The position numbers were made by a program, and so were the translations under genes. Under the pieces are notes generated by a model. The model was not told the DNA's origin. It ran no database searches and saw only the letters and a list, made by a program, of their open reading frames with translations. Of a stretch of 63,514 bases of DNA, positions 38,449 to 48,829 are shown one piece after another (the stretch's first letter is position 1; every line of letters begins with the position of its first letter). Where the stretch lies: assembly GCA_016928095.1 (NCBI GenBank), contig JAFGLL010000043.1, positions 1 through 63,514 of the forward strand, read 5' to 3'. This stretch comes from Thermoplasmatota archaeon (GTDB lineage Archaea; Thermoplasmatota; Penumbrarchaeia; Penumbrarchaeales; Penumbrarchaeaceae).

Positions 38449-39423
38449 TCAGGGTCGTATCCTCTTTCCACATCTTGAACAGGTAGCATCCTTGCCGTCA
38501 TAGTTCATGCCCCTGCCTTTGCATTTTGGGCAATTGACACTTGAAAAGAATTCCTCGAGCCACGCATCCCTGACATCCTTCTCATCGGAGGACAGTGCCC
38601 TGTCAAGGAGAAGTTTCTGTCGCTTTGTAGAGGTCAGCCCGGTCAACTGTTCCTTCGTGAGCTTATCAAGGCCTTTCTCCTTCTTATCGTCCTTCCTGGC
38701 CTTTACAAGGAAAGCGATGGGGAAGGAGCCGACAAGTCCCGCAAAATGTGCGATATGGCTGACTTCATCATCGGTATTGAGGAGAATGAAGAGGGCGCTC
38801 ATCCCTCCGTAGATGAGCACGATAAGGGAGATGGGCCATTTTCGGATGATTATCAGCGGGAAGAATATCTCATCCCGGGGGTATAGATACCAGAGAGCAC
38901 CGAGTATCCCGAATATGCATCCGGAAGCCCCGATGGAGACCGTGTTCATCGTATGGCCAAGATATCCGAACGGAGATATGAAGAGTACGACCGCACCGGC
39001 GATCACGCCCGATCCAAAATAGATCACAAGGAAACGTTCCCAACCGATCCTCTGCTCGAGCTGGGTGCCAAGGATTATAAGACCGAACGTATTGAACATG
39101 AGGTGCATGAAATCCGCATGCATGTACGTTGATGTTATGAACTGGAATACAGTGTAATCATCAACGATGGACCGTGGGAAGAACCCAATGTTTCGCAGTA
39201 CGACATATCTGTCGAATGGTGGATGGCCTGCCAGGAAAGGAAGGTTGTAGAGGAATTCCGAGGTCATGAGGAGATCTATGACGAAGACTGCGATTATGGA
39301 GATGGAGATCACCATCGTGGCAGATGCTTTCTTCTTCCATGGTAGAACGATCGCAAGCACGAAAGATATTGCTATCACCAGTAGTAATATGACCGAAGGC
39401 GTGGAAGAAAAGAAATCAGCCAT
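38449..39423 (-). CDS. Rhomboid intramembrane serine protease with C-terminal zinc ribbon
   Basis: H....HL.FN, GASG catalytic Ser, AHFAG catalytic His; C-terminal CPKC...CSRC. Confidence 0.92.
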   Translation of the reverse strand: MADFFSSTPSVILLLVIAISFVLAIVLPWKKKASATMVISISIIAVFVIDLLMTSEFLYNLPFLAGHPPFDRYVVLRNIGFFPRSIVDDYTVFQFITSTYMHADFMHLMFNTFGLIILGTQLEQRIGWERFLVIYFGSGVIAGAVVLFISPFGYLGHTMNTVSIGASGCIFGILGALWYLYPRDEIFFPLIIIRKWPISLIVLIYGGMSALFILLNTDDEVSHIAHFAGLVGSFPIAFLVKARKDDKKEKGLDKLTKEQLTGLTSTKRQKLLLDRALSSDEKDVRDAWLEEFFSSVNCPKCKGRGMNYDGKDATCSRCGKRIRP

Positions 39424-39934
39424 TCTTCGGACCCCCCCCTTTCATAGCCGTCCGCAATGGGCTTCCAAGGACATTCCCTTCTGGATCGATCTGTCCTGAT
39501 GCCACCCGTGTGGAGGACAACCTCGTGCCTTTCCGGTCCGTGACTATGTTGACAACGACCCTCTTTAAAGGAGGAAGCCCCACCCTACGTCTCTCCTCAT
39601 CTATGATGTCCACATTCCTTTCCGTTTCTGTGGATACAACGATTGAATCGATCTCTGACATTACAGCGAACCCGACCCTGTCGGTGATCTCCTCGACAGT
39701 ATATGGTACCGAATACTTGCTTGACAATCGTTCAAGGGCCTCGACAAGGGTCTTCTTCCTTTCCTCGAAGGGCTTGACCCTTCTCTCCCGACCTCTGGAG
39801 GCCATCTCGTCCGAGGTCAATCCGATCGATACCCTTCTACCTCTCCTGAAAGCTTCTACAAGCAGCGCCATATGGCCGGCGTGCAGAGGGGAGAAGGTCC
39901 CTCCAAGACAGATATTTTCCATTGGCTTTTCCAT
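39416..39934 (-). CDS. coaD: Phosphopantetheine adenylyltransferase (archaeal type)
   Basis: GGTFSPLHAGH, GLTSD, IVVSTET, LSSTRV..G.ID..G. Confidence 0.88.
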   Translation of the reverse strand: MEKPMENICLGGTFSPLHAGHMALLVEAFRRGRRVSIGLTSDEMASRGRERRVKPFEERKKTLVEALERLSSKYSVPYTVEEITDRVGFAVMSEIDSIVVSTETERNVDIIDEERRRVGLPPLKRVVVNIVTDRKGTRLSSTRVASGQIDPEGNVLGSPLRTAMKGGGPKNG

Positions 39935-39951
39935 CGGTCCACTCTTTCCTA

Positions 39952-40230
39952 TCAGCTGGATGAGATCAGGATATAGAACAGGATAAGAAGTGCGATCCCG
40001 ATGAACGGAAGGTAGGTCATCAGCTTCTTACGCTTCAGCATCCGGTCCCATTCTGCCTGGCATGCGTCCGAACAGATGTCTTTGTCCGTGGTGATAGAGA
40101 CCCCACAGTTGAAACAATGCTTGTGGGGTACGATCGCTGACCTCTGTACTCCATCCTCTTGGGGTGTGACCCTCTGGACTATCAAGGCCTTTTTCTTCCT
40201 ACCAGACCTTTTCGGCGGTCTTCCGGGCAT
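39952..40230 (-). CDS. DUF2116-family Zn-ribbon membrane protein
   Basis: PHKHCFNCG.......CSDAC followed by a C-terminal TM helix. Confidence 0.8.
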   Translation of the reverse strand: MPGRPPKRSGRKKKALIVQRVTPQEDGVQRSAIVPHKHCFNCGVSITTDKDICSDACQAEWDRMLKRKKLMTYLPFIGIALLILFYILISSS

Positions 40231-40234
40231 CGGA

Positions 40235-40927
40235 TCACTCACCTGGGATGACGATCGTCCCGTGCATATCCTCCCCTCGCATGCATCTGAGGAGGTTGGG
40301 GACATCACGTCCCTCAAGTATCCTTGACTCTATCCCGGCCCTGTGTATGACCATTGCTGCGAGAGGGTCCATGACCGAATGGGAACCCGCCCCCCTGGTG
40401 GTATTCGAGACCAGGTCGACGAGTTCCTTTGATGTCATCTTGGGTATCCTCTTCGCGCTTCTGTTATTGTCAGGATCGTCCGTATACGCCCCATCCACCG
40501 CGGTGAGGTTGATGAACAGATCCGCTCTCCACATCTCCGCTATGAGGGCGCTTACCGCATCGGTAGTATGTCCCGGATGCGTCCCTCCGCCGATGGTGAA
40601 CTTGTGGCTGGAAGCTCCCATTATGGCCTCTTCTATCGAAGTGAAAGGCCGGGGGTAAACATCCTTTCCCTTGAAAGCGCCGAGGACAAGCCAGGCATTC
40701 ATCCTTGTTGCCTGTATTCCCAGGCTGTCAAGGGTAGCCTCGTCAGCTCCGGTCGATCTGCCTAATGAGATATGGTCCCTTGCCAACCTGCCGCCTCCGG
40801 TCACTATTATGAACCTCATTTCATCGGATAGGGAAGTCAGACCGTCTATCAGTTCTCTGATGTGATCAGCATCATTGTCACCCTTGACCAGGATGGACCC
40901 TCCGAGTGATATTACGACCCTCCTCAC
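40235..40927 (-). CDS. pyrH: UMP kinase
   Basis: VISLGGS, GGGRLAR, GGTHPGHTTDAV, T.VDG.Y..DP, DPLAA. Confidence 0.95.
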   Translation of the reverse strand: MRRVVISLGGSILVKGDNDADHIRELIDGLTSLSDEMRFIIVTGGGRLARDHISLGRSTGADEATLDSLGIQATRMNAWLVLGAFKGKDVYPRPFTSIEEAIMGASSHKFTIGGGTHPGHTTDAVSALIAEMWRADLFINLTAVDGAYTDDPDNNRSAKRIPKMTSKELVDLVSNTTRGAGSHSVMDPLAAMVIHRAGIESRILEGRDVPNLLRCMRGEDMHGTIVIPGE

Positions 40928-40988
40928 AGTGGTACCTCCGTTATGTTCAGGCCCGAAAGTGCCTGAGGCCTTTATTAAAGCTTACTCA

Positions 40989-43900
40989 TCAATCCAGAAG
41001 GTCCGTCAGGTCACCGCTTGCTTGTTTTGGCGGGAGGGCCTGCTCCTCTGGCTGCTGCATCTGGGGTTCTGTGGGTAGGCTTCCGGCACCTCCGAAGATA
41101 TCATCCAGGTCCCCCTCACCCTGAGGCGGGAGTTGCGGAACCGATGGGCCTGCTTCCATAGCTCCGGGCCGGTCAACGGTCGGGAGGTTAGTGTACAGGT
41201 CCTGTCCCTCGTAGAGGTTCCTCTGCATCTCCTCTGCAAGTTTTCTGCGTTTTTCCTCCTCCTCCGCCTTCTTCCTGTTCCTCTTGATAACAAGGAATAT
41301 GAAAACACCTATCAGAACGAGGATGATGACCAGAACAAGGATCAGCAAGATCAGGAACAGCCCGAAGTTCTTTTCCACCCATGGTTCTTCTTCCACCGGT
41401 TTCACCTGGACATTGGGGTCTTTCGGGTCCCAGTCCTCACCATCTTTGACTCCGTCGTTATCCGTGTCAGAGTCCCTTGGGTCGGTCTCGTTCAGGTATT
41501 CCTCCAGGTTGCTCAGACCGTCACCATCCGAATCCACAGATGCATCCGTGGGGTCATATTCGTTGAAGGAATGCTCCTTTTCCCAGTCGTTGGGGAGCCC
41601 GTCCCCGTCGAAGTCATCATCGTTGCGGACACCGTTGACGGTGATGTTAACCTGGGCCTGTCTCATGTTGCCTGCTTCATCCGTGACCCTCAGGGTGACA
41701 AGGTATGTACCGGCAGCAGGGAAATCCCATTCGATGGACATTCCCTTGTAGTCCACCTGGAAACCGTTGGAGAGATCGAAATCCCATTGATAGGTGAGGT
41801 TATCGTTGAGGTCAGTATCAGGGTCCAGTGCGGTTTCAGCCGAAAAAGGTATCTTGTACAGTATCGGGAATACCTGGCCCTCCACCGGGGTGACGATACC
41901 TACGTAGATCGGGGGGTCGTTCACGTTAATGATCCTTATCCGGATGGGCAGTATTGTCCTGATGTCAGGGCTCTCCTCGTCCTCAAGGAATATCTCGGTG
42001 TCGATGGGGAGGAACTCCGGTTCGTAGGTCGGCGGGTATCCGTACCTCTTTTCGGCCCAGAAATGCAGGTAAGCTCTTGTCGGATCTTCAGGATCCACAT
42101 CGAGGTAGGTGTTGTCGGCCAGTGTAAGGTTGCACTTGAAGAAGATCTGGTCCTGCGCCCCTATTTGGATATCCAGGTCATCGGCCTTTATGGTAAGGTT
42201 GAACTCCTCATGTTCATAGACGGTGAACACATACCTTCCATGTATGCCACCAGTAAGGTCCACTCTCTTCGTGGAATTCTCCACGTAGATGAAAAGGGGG
42301 ACGTCAATAACATTGCTCACGTTGAACCAAAGGACCTTTTCAACTATGCTCTCCGTGTCGTTGACCTGAAGGACCACCCTGTGGGAACCCACATTATCGT
42401 TCGTGGGTCTCCAGAACACCCTGTCATCTTCCATGTAAAGCCAGGTTTCATCATCCGGATCATCGTAGATCAGGGAGTATGAGAGGCCTATCCTGGTATC
42501 CTCCGGGTCATCGGCCAGGTCCTGGGCCACTATCCTGGTGAAGCCGTCATCATCCTGTTTCAGCATGTATACGAAGTTGGGGTTGGGTCTGCCCTGAGGG
42601 GGTATGGTCGGAAGATCGTTCACCGGATATATGTAAAGTTTCAGCACGAGTTCTTCCGAGGCAAGTCCCCCGCTGTCCGTTGCTTTAATTGTCACCACAT
42701 CCGGTGCAAATGGGTTGAGTTCATGATTGAAGTTCTTGAACGGTGTTATCTTCAGGACCCAGTTCTGGGGATCAAAGCCGGAGGAGTTCACGAGCTCCGC
42801 TTTGTAGCTCTCGAAGAAGGACACTCCGGAAAGCCACTGCCCCCCTTGGGTCTTCATGGTAATGTTAAGGGGCTCTTCGTCATAACCGTCCCTCACATCC
42901 TCGTCCATGAACCATTCGTAGATGTCCTCTATGTAAACCACCTGGTCCTCGGGAACAAGAAGGGTTCGGTTCTGAAGGACGATGATCGGCTCCCTGTTGT
43001 ATTGTTTCACCCTGAAAATGAAGGTGTCTGTTGATTTGATATCCCGGCTGTCGGGGGCCCTGTCGTACATTGAAATGGGGACCACGTAATCGCCCTGAGG
43101 TATCCAGGAAGGGACCTTGATGGTGAATTGGTAATATGCTATGGTCTTGTCCGTGTCGTGGAATCCAGTGGGCTCATTGAGGGTCTTGAACGGTAGTCCG
43201 AAATCGGTGAAGTCGCATTCGATCTTTGTCATGTCCCCTGCATTGTCAAGGTCCCGAAGCGTGATGTTGATGGTGCAGGTCTCGTTGTTGTTCCTCACCG
43301 GCGATGGTGTCATGCTGACCGATTGTTTCTCCGGTGGGTTGTTAGGCGGGAATGTCGTCAGTCCCACGATGATATTGTTGCCGACATAGACCATGTCATC
43401 ATATGTCGTATCCCCGTCGAATTCTCCAATGGCCACATCCTTTATGATATGGGATGACGGAAGGCTCCCGGTTTCGGTCTCGAAGACCTTCATCACGTTG
43501 AACCTCACGGGTATGGAGCTCCTTCCGGCAAGGATGGAGAGCCCGTATTCGCCGGGAGCATTCCAATAATCCTGGTTGGGCGGGGGGGGGTCGTTCCAAT
43601 CGTCCTGTTTGGTGAAAGCCACGATATCATCAGCCCCTGTATTGTCCAGATTACCGACCCTCATGCCACGGAACTGGTAATTGTAGTCTTCCGAATAACC
43701 AGCCTCAGGGTCATTGAAGCCGAACTCGTCCGCCGAGGGGTCCTTCTTCTTGATAATGAAGATCTGGCCGTCGCAAAGAGGGGGATTCACGTTCCTGTTA
43801 TCGTTGATGGATATCGCAACGTCAAGAGGGATCTGCCCGGCAAAATTCCCGACCTCCAGGGCATAAGGGATCGTGGGGAAGGTTCCATCCCCCGGCATGC

Positions 43901-44828
43901 TATCGTTAGGGTCGAGATCTTGCTCCGTTCCCCAGCTGGCACCCGAACCGGTATGGAACCTGACATTCGCTTCTATCATGAACCAGTTGTTGTTGAAGAC
44001 ACCGCCGTAAGTGTAGACGATATCGGGATGGCTGTCCAAGTTGAAATCGGCGAACCTGATGAAGCATCCGATGTTCCACGAGGATGGGGTCGCCCGGCTA
44101 TGTATATCGGTCTTAGCAAGGCCGGTTCCGCTATACGTAAGGAGGGATACCTGGATTGTCTCGCCGTAATTCGCCGAGTTACCATCTGTATCGCGATTGT
44201 ATATGACTATGGTGTCGATATCATTATCCCCATCAGCATCCGCTGAGTCGAAATCATACTTCCCATCTGTCCAGTACCACGCACCCGTGGGGTTGATCCC
44301 TGATTGGCTGTAGAATACATCATCGAACTCATAATAGGTCTCCAGGGTGAAACCCGTTGCGATGTTCTCGAAATAATATATTCTCATGCTACCGATGGTT
44401 TCTGTAAGCCCTCCCACCTCATTTGCCATGGCATACTGGTCCTGACCGAGGGCTATGATGTCCTGGTCATCATCATTGTCATAATCTACGACCTTGACCT
44501 TGGTTATGTAGAAGCCGGTAAGGGGTATGCTCTTGTAAAGCGTCATGCCGAAGCTCGATCCTGAGCCTCCGTCGTTGGTATATATCTGGATCGCTCCATT
44601 CACACCTATGACAACATCGTCGTTGTTCTGATCGTCGATGTCACCGGTATCAACGCAGATGGCCTCTGATGTCAGGGAGACGATCTGCTTCAGAACAGGT
44701 GTGAAACCGTACCTTGAGGGTGGTTCGTTCAAGGAGGTATCATCGGCACCTGCACCGATCGGGACGATCGGCAATGCCATCATCATTGCTAATGCGACTG
44801 CCAGAGTAAAAGACGGTCTTAGCCTCAT
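40989..44828 (-). CDS. Large type I membrane surface protein (FG-GAP/VCBS propeller, cadherin-like/PKD domains, Asp-rich module, TM, Pro-rich tail)
   Basis: Signal peptide; GDIDDQNNDD, DYDNDDDQD, DADGDNDID, DFNLDSHPD, GEFDGD repeats; VND.P linkers; PKD YQWDFD...GTYLVTLRVTD; TM followed by KRNRKK. Confidence 0.88.
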   Translation of the reverse strand: MRLRPSFTLAVALAMMMALPIVPIGAGADDTSLNEPPSRYGFTPVLKQIVSLTSEAICVDTGDIDDQNNDDVVIGVNGAIQIYTNDGGSGSSFGMTLYKSIPLTGFYITKVKVVDYDNDDDQDIIALGQDQYAMANEVGGLTETIGSMRIYYFENIATGFTLETYYEFDDVFYSQSGINPTGAWYWTDGKYDFDSADADGDNDIDTIVIYNRDTDGNSANYGETIQVSLLTYSGTGLAKTDIHSRATPSSWNIGCFIRFADFNLDSHPDIVYTYGGVFNNNWFMIEANVRFHTGSGASWGTEQDLDPNDSMPGDGTFPTIPYALEVGNFAGQIPLDVAISINDNRNVNPPLCDGQIFIIKKKDPSADEFGFNDPEAGYSEDYNYQFRGMRVGNLDNTGADDIVAFTKQDDWNDPPPPNQDYWNAPGEYGLSILAGRSSIPVRFNVMKVFETETGSLPSSHIIKDVAIGEFDGDTTYDDMVYVGNNIIVGLTTFPPNNPPEKQSVSMTPSPVRNNNETCTINITLRDLDNAGDMTKIECDFTDFGLPFKTLNEPTGFHDTDKTIAYYQFTIKVPSWIPQGDYVVPISMYDRAPDSRDIKSTDTFIFRVKQYNREPIIVLQNRTLLVPEDQVVYIEDIYEWFMDEDVRDGYDEEPLNITMKTQGGQWLSGVSFFESYKAELVNSSGFDPQNWVLKITPFKNFNHELNPFAPDVVTIKATDSGGLASEELVLKLYIYPVNDLPTIPPQGRPNPNFVYMLKQDDDGFTRIVAQDLADDPEDTRIGLSYSLIYDDPDDETWLYMEDDRVFWRPTNDNVGSHRVVLQVNDTESIVEKVLWFNVSNVIDVPLFIYVENSTKRVDLTGGIHGRYVFTVYEHEEFNLTIKADDLDIQIGAQDQIFFKCNLTLADNTYLDVDPEDPTRAYLHFWAEKRYGYPPTYEPEFLPIDTEIFLEDEESPDIRTILPIRIRIINVNDPPIYVGIVTPVEGQVFPILYKIPFSAETALDPDTDLNDNLTYQWDFDLSNGFQVDYKGMSIEWDFPAAGTYLVTLRVTDEAGNMRQAQVNITVNGVRNDDDFDGDGLPNDWEKEHSFNEYDPTDASVDSDGDGLSNLEEYLNETDPRDSDTDNDGVKDGEDWDPKDPNVQVKPVEEEPWVEKNFGLFLILLILVLVIILVLIGVFIFLVIKRNRKKAEEEEKRRKLAEEMQRNLYEGQDLYTNLPTVDRPGAMEAGPSVPQLPPQGEGDLDDIFGGAGSLPTEPQMQQPEEQALPPKQASGDLTDLLD

Positions 44829-45049
44829 GCTGTTCACCCGGTCCGAGATCGCTCCAACCAAGATTGGAACTGGTTGGGGGAATGGTGCCGGTTCATATAA
44901 CCTTATGGTATAATACTATTTCGCGAGAGGGTTTCCGGTATATGGCCTATCGGGATTTCCTGAACGTGTTCGACCCCCCATCGAGCAAAGCTTATAAACC
45001 AAAACCATCTGTTGGGCTCTTCAAACCAGTGGGTTGATCGGTGAAAGAG

Positions 45050-46279
45050 ATGGCCAAGCTGACCCCCAGACAGAGATACGATTTCAAGAGGACCATCGAG
45101 GAGCTCGAGGAATACAAAGGGCGAGCAACAGAGCTGATCACGTTACTGATCCCCCCAACGAAGCAGATCCCCGATGTGACCAATTATCTGAGGAACGAGC
45201 TGTCCCAGTCCTCGAACATCAAATCAAAATCCACACGAAAGAACGTGATGGCTGCCATAGAATCCATACTGTCTAGGCTGAGGAACACCCGTTTCCCTCC
45301 GGAGATGGGCATAGCGTTCTTCGTTGGACACGTTCCGGTGGGGGCAGATCAGACAAGGATGGTTGCCCATGTTGTCGAACCTCCGGCCCCTCTTCCGACC
45401 TTCATGTACCGATGCGACAGTTACTTCTATCTCGACCATCTGAAGGACATGTTGACCGAGGATGAGGTCTTCGGTCTGCTTGTGATCGACCGCAAAGAGG
45501 CCACATTGGGGTTCCTCAGGGGAAAGAGGGTCATTATTGTCAAGAACGTACAGTCCCTGGTCCCATCGAAACATGGTAAGGGAGGTCAGTCCAGCGTAAG
45601 GTTCGAAAGGTTGATCGAGATAGCCGCCCACGAGTATTTCAAGAAGATAGGTGAGCTCTGCAACGAGACCTTCATGGGCCAGGATGAACTGAAAGGGATC
45701 ATAGTTGGAGGACCGGGGGCGACCAAGGATTTCTTCGTGAAGAACGATTATCTTCATCACGAGCTCATGAAGAAGGTCCTAGATACGTTCGACACCGGAT
45801 ATACGGACGAATCCGGGCTTTACGAGCTCATAGAAAAGGCAAGGCCTGCCCTTCAGCACCTGGAGGTCTCCCACGAAAAGGAGCTGATGGAAAGACTCTT
45901 CTCTGAAATAAGGAAGGAGGACGGGGGTTTGTCGGTATATGGAGAAAAGCATGTCAAGGCCGCTCTTAAAGCGGGGGCTGTAGAGATGCTTCTGGTGTCG
46001 GAGGGTATGAAGACCTACAACCGGACCTTCGAATGCCTCAGATGCGGAAGGACATTCGAGGTACACCAGGTGAAGGGGAACGAACCGATCTATAACTGTC
46101 CGGACGACGGCGCAGAATGCAACCTGGTGAAGGAGGAGGATATCGTCGAGGAGTTGGCAAGGATCTGCGAGGCGTATTCCTCGCAGCTCGAACTCATATC
46201 CACGGATTCCTCGGAGGGCAACATGCTGCTTCAGGCGTTCGGGGGCATGGCCGCGGTCTTGAGGTATCGTTTCTCCTAG
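45050..46279 (+). CDS. prf1: Peptide chain release factor aRF1
   Basis: NIKS, YRCD, GGQS motifs; Zn-ribbon-like insert CLRC...CPDD. Confidence 0.97.
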   Translation: MAKLTPRQRYDFKRTIEELEEYKGRATELITLLIPPTKQIPDVTNYLRNELSQSSNIKSKSTRKNVMAAIESILSRLRNTRFPPEMGIAFFVGHVPVGADQTRMVAHVVEPPAPLPTFMYRCDSYFYLDHLKDMLTEDEVFGLLVIDRKEATLGFLRGKRVIIVKNVQSLVPSKHGKGGQSSVRFERLIEIAAHEYFKKIGELCNETFMGQDELKGIIVGGPGATKDFFVKNDYLHHELMKKVLDTFDTGYTDESGLYELIEKARPALQHLEVSHEKELMERLFSEIRKEDGGLSVYGEKHVKAALKAGAVEMLLVSEGMKTYNRTFECLRCGRTFEVHQVKGNEPIYNCPDDGAECNLVKEEDIVEELARICEAYSSQLELISTDSSEGNMLLQAFGGMAAVLRYRFS

Positions 46280-46602
46280 GTGCCATCTCTCTCGTCAAGG
46301 ATCTCCTTGACCGATCTCAAGTTCATCTTTGTCATTGTCCTTTTCTTTTCCCTGACAAGTTCGATGATCTTATCGTCGAATTCCGTGGTCGGTGGTATGG
46401 GTTCCGAAGACCTTGTGAGGACGTTCTCCTCCTTAACAAGCCAGTCCACCATGGCCTGCCTGATGATCTGAGAGGGATTATAACCTCTATCCTTGCAGTA
46501 GGAGAAGAAACGATTTGCGTCATCAACGAACTCCTGTGTCACGACGATATGTATAGGGTCGCCAGACCGGTAGCTCCTGTACCCGTTCTTGCTCCTTGCC
46601 AT
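46276..46602 (-). CDS. Small ribbon-helix-helix-like protein (paralog of 59064..59339)
   Basis: Strand IHIVV, helix, then YNPSQIIRQAM..WL; 27/45 identity to the paralog core by manual alignment. Confidence 0.75.
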   Translation of the reverse strand: MARSKNGYRSYRSGDPIHIVVTQEFVDDANRFFSYCKDRGYNPSQIIRQAMVDWLVKEENVLTRSSEPIPPTTEFDDKIIELVREKKRTMTKMNLRSVKEILDERDGT

Positions 46603-46654
46603 AACCCAGCCTTCTTGAAAGGTGGATGTTGGCCGGTCGTATTTGATATTTCCT

Positions 46655-47968
46655 CTATTCTTCACTTATATAGAGATTCAGGAGATGCTCTGTTTCGTCC
46701 CTTCTGCTTTTTAGGTCCGTGAGTAGCTCCCTCATATGTTCAGCAGCTTCCCTCTTGCATTGGCCGCATAACCTCTCGCCGGAAAGACACTCGGACCTGA
46801 TCCTCTGTATCTCCTTTTCTTCTTTAACGGTGTGGAACATCATCGTATCGAAGACCGAGCAAATGTCCGGACGTCCCCCCTCCTTCCTTTGCTGCTCGGC
46901 GGTCTCCCTTCCCCCGGTAATGGCCTTCATCAGTTTACTGGCTGCGTCATCCGGTAGATCATCGAGGAAGATCGCCGTCTCCGGTTTCGAAGAGCTCATC
47001 TTCTCTCCGGTAAGACCTTTTATGAACCGGTGATAGGTTGATGCAGGGGGCAAGAATCCATATCCACCCTTCTCCGCTTCCACCCTTGCCAGCGCTTCAT
47101 CGATGGTGACAAGGTCCGATCTAGAAGCTCCCATTACATAGAGCGCTTTGTAACTGGGGATCATCTTGAAATCCAGGAATCCCTCTGCTTCAAGGGATAC
47201 TTTAGCCCTTTCAAGATGTCCTGAAACATCCTCATCGACCTTTACGAAAACGCCGATCCTGCCATCGGAGGTTTCTGTACCGTTGTAGGTCCTGAACGAC
47301 GATGCAAGGTCCCGGCACAGCCTCATATGCGGGTCCTGGTCGACACCAACAGGGACCACCACCGGTATGGGTCCAAGTTTTATCTGCGGATGGAGGATGT
47401 CACCAGCCTGCAACAGGGGGGCGTTCATGTGGCCCATGTTGGTCTGGTCGTTGAAGCCGTATATAGCCCTCATCGTCGACAGGTTCACCTTCTTTCCCAG
47501 AAGCAATGCAAGGTCCTTCACCTCTTTCCTCCGGGATTGGAAGTAGATCTCGAGACCTTCTTTGCCTATACCCAGGGCAAGATAGTTACGGACATAGGAT
47601 CCGATGGCGATCTCTCTCGCCTTGTCAAGGGGCATGTTCCTGGTTGCATAAGATTCGAGATCTGCTATCCCAACGAAGACCCTGGCCCCGAACCCTTGTA
47701 GATAGAGGATCTGATCTATCACCATCTTGTGTCCAAGATGCATCCTGCCAGAAGGCATGAGCCCGGACATTATGGCAAAGGGTTCCGATCTGGCGATCCT
47801 CCTGGAGATATGTTCGAATCCCCTCTGTCCGAAGACGATCCTCTCCCGGAAGAGGCGAGGCTGTGTCTCGCTGTGGGGTAATATGTCGGGATCGAAGACC
47901 TCTATTCCGAACTCATCCATCAGATGCGAGTAGTCGCCAGTCTCCGAGTATGACCATGGGTCCAGCAT
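46655..47968 (-). CDS. trpS: Tryptophan--tRNA ligase (long archaeal form)
   Basis: SGLMPSGRMHLGH, PVGVDQDPH, KMSSS, A.TGGR, CGQCK. Confidence 0.96.
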   Translation of the reverse strand: MLDPWSYSETGDYSHLMDEFGIEVFDPDILPHSETQPRLFRERIVFGQRGFEHISRRIARSEPFAIMSGLMPSGRMHLGHKMVIDQILYLQGFGARVFVGIADLESYATRNMPLDKAREIAIGSYVRNYLALGIGKEGLEIYFQSRRKEVKDLALLLGKKVNLSTMRAIYGFNDQTNMGHMNAPLLQAGDILHPQIKLGPIPVVVPVGVDQDPHMRLCRDLASSFRTYNGTETSDGRIGVFVKVDEDVSGHLERAKVSLEAEGFLDFKMIPSYKALYVMGASRSDLVTIDEALARVEAEKGGYGFLPPASTYHRFIKGLTGEKMSSSKPETAIFLDDLPDDAASKLMKAITGGRETAEQQRKEGGRPDICSVFDTMMFHTVKEEKEIQRIRSECLSGERLCGQCKREAAEHMRELLTDLKSRRDETEHLLNLYISEE

Positions 47969-48125
47969 GTTGGTCGACCTCCAGGATCGTGCTATGTGCA
48001 GTTTCAGGGAATGATGTGGACGATTATTTGATTTTTCCATAGGACCGTTGAAAGGTAAAACCGAAAACTGTTAAATATTTCAAAACCTCATGTCCAAAGA
48101 CCAGTTGAACATGGGGGCCACAATA

Positions 48126-48404
48126 ATGGAAGACAATACAGTGTACATAGGCAGAAAGCCCTCGATGAACTACGTCCTTGCAGTAGTCACCCAGTTCAAT
48201 GCGGGGGCAGAGAGAGTAACGGTCAAAGCACGTGGGAAGGCCATTTCAAAGGCCGTCGATGTGGCCGAGATCTCACGGAACAGGTTCCTCAAGGGCTATG
48301 ACCTCGGGGAAATAAAGATAGGGACCGAGAATGTGGAGGACGAGGAGAGGGAAGGTGGTATAAACGTATCTTGGATCGAGATCGTGATCAACAAGGGGAT
48401 ATAG
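48126..48404 (+). CDS. albA: DNA/RNA-binding protein Alba
   Basis: [37 protein letters not shown]. Confidence 0.96.
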   Translation: MEDNTVYIGRKPSMNYVLAVVTQFNAGAERVTVKARGKAISKAVDVAEISRNRFLKGYDLGEIKIGTENVEDEEREGGINVSWIEIVINKGI

Positions 48405-48536
48405 AGCATCGACCTTGAAAAATGACATTCTGGCCATCCTTCCAGAGGCTTTCCTCTATCCAATTAACTATTAATAGTGGTTCTAGGATACCGCCTTCCT
48501 GCACCGCCAATGTATGTGCAATCCAGGTGAGTTTAT

Positions 48537-48815
48537 ATGAAGATGCCCAGGACGATAAAGAGATATTGCCCGTCTTGCCAGACACATACCGATCAAGAGG
48601 TTGACAAGGTGAAGAAAAAGAAGGCCAGTGAGCTTGTCTGGGGTCAGAGGAGATTCAGGAAGGTGACATCAGGCTATGGCGGTTTTCCCAGACCGAAACC
48701 AGAAGGCAGGGAGAAACCGACCAAGAGGGTCAACCTGAAGTACAAATGCAAGAAGTGCAAGAAGTCTTGGCAGAGCCCGTCGATCAGGGCCAAGAGGTTC
48801 GAGCTAACGGAATGA
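48537..48815 (+). CDS. rpl44e: 50S ribosomal protein eL42 (L44e)
   Basis: [30 protein letters not shown]. Confidence 0.96.
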   Translation: MKMPRTIKRYCPSCQTHTDQEVDKVKKKKASELVWGQRRFRKVTSGYGGFPRPKPEGREKPTKRVNLKYKCKKCKKSWQSPSIRAKRFELTE

Positions 48816-48829
48816 TGGGAGAGATAGCC

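Noticed and set aside
41133-42482. 449-aa plus-strand ORF and similar long antisense ORFs (7067..7978, 11169..11975, 29351..30088, 37681..38418)
   Set aside because: They lie opposite well-supported genes and have no recognisable motifs; shadow ORFs from codon bias.
43582-43590. G9 run in a surface protein gene as a phase-variation tract
   Set aside because: It encodes poly-Pro in an intact frame; a G10 run also occurs in essential kae1 (32547-32556) and a C8 at 51107-51114, so such runs are not specific to surface genes.
47050-47300. Large insertion in TrpRS
   Set aside because: Matches the known long form of euryarchaeal TrpRS; no intein motifs.
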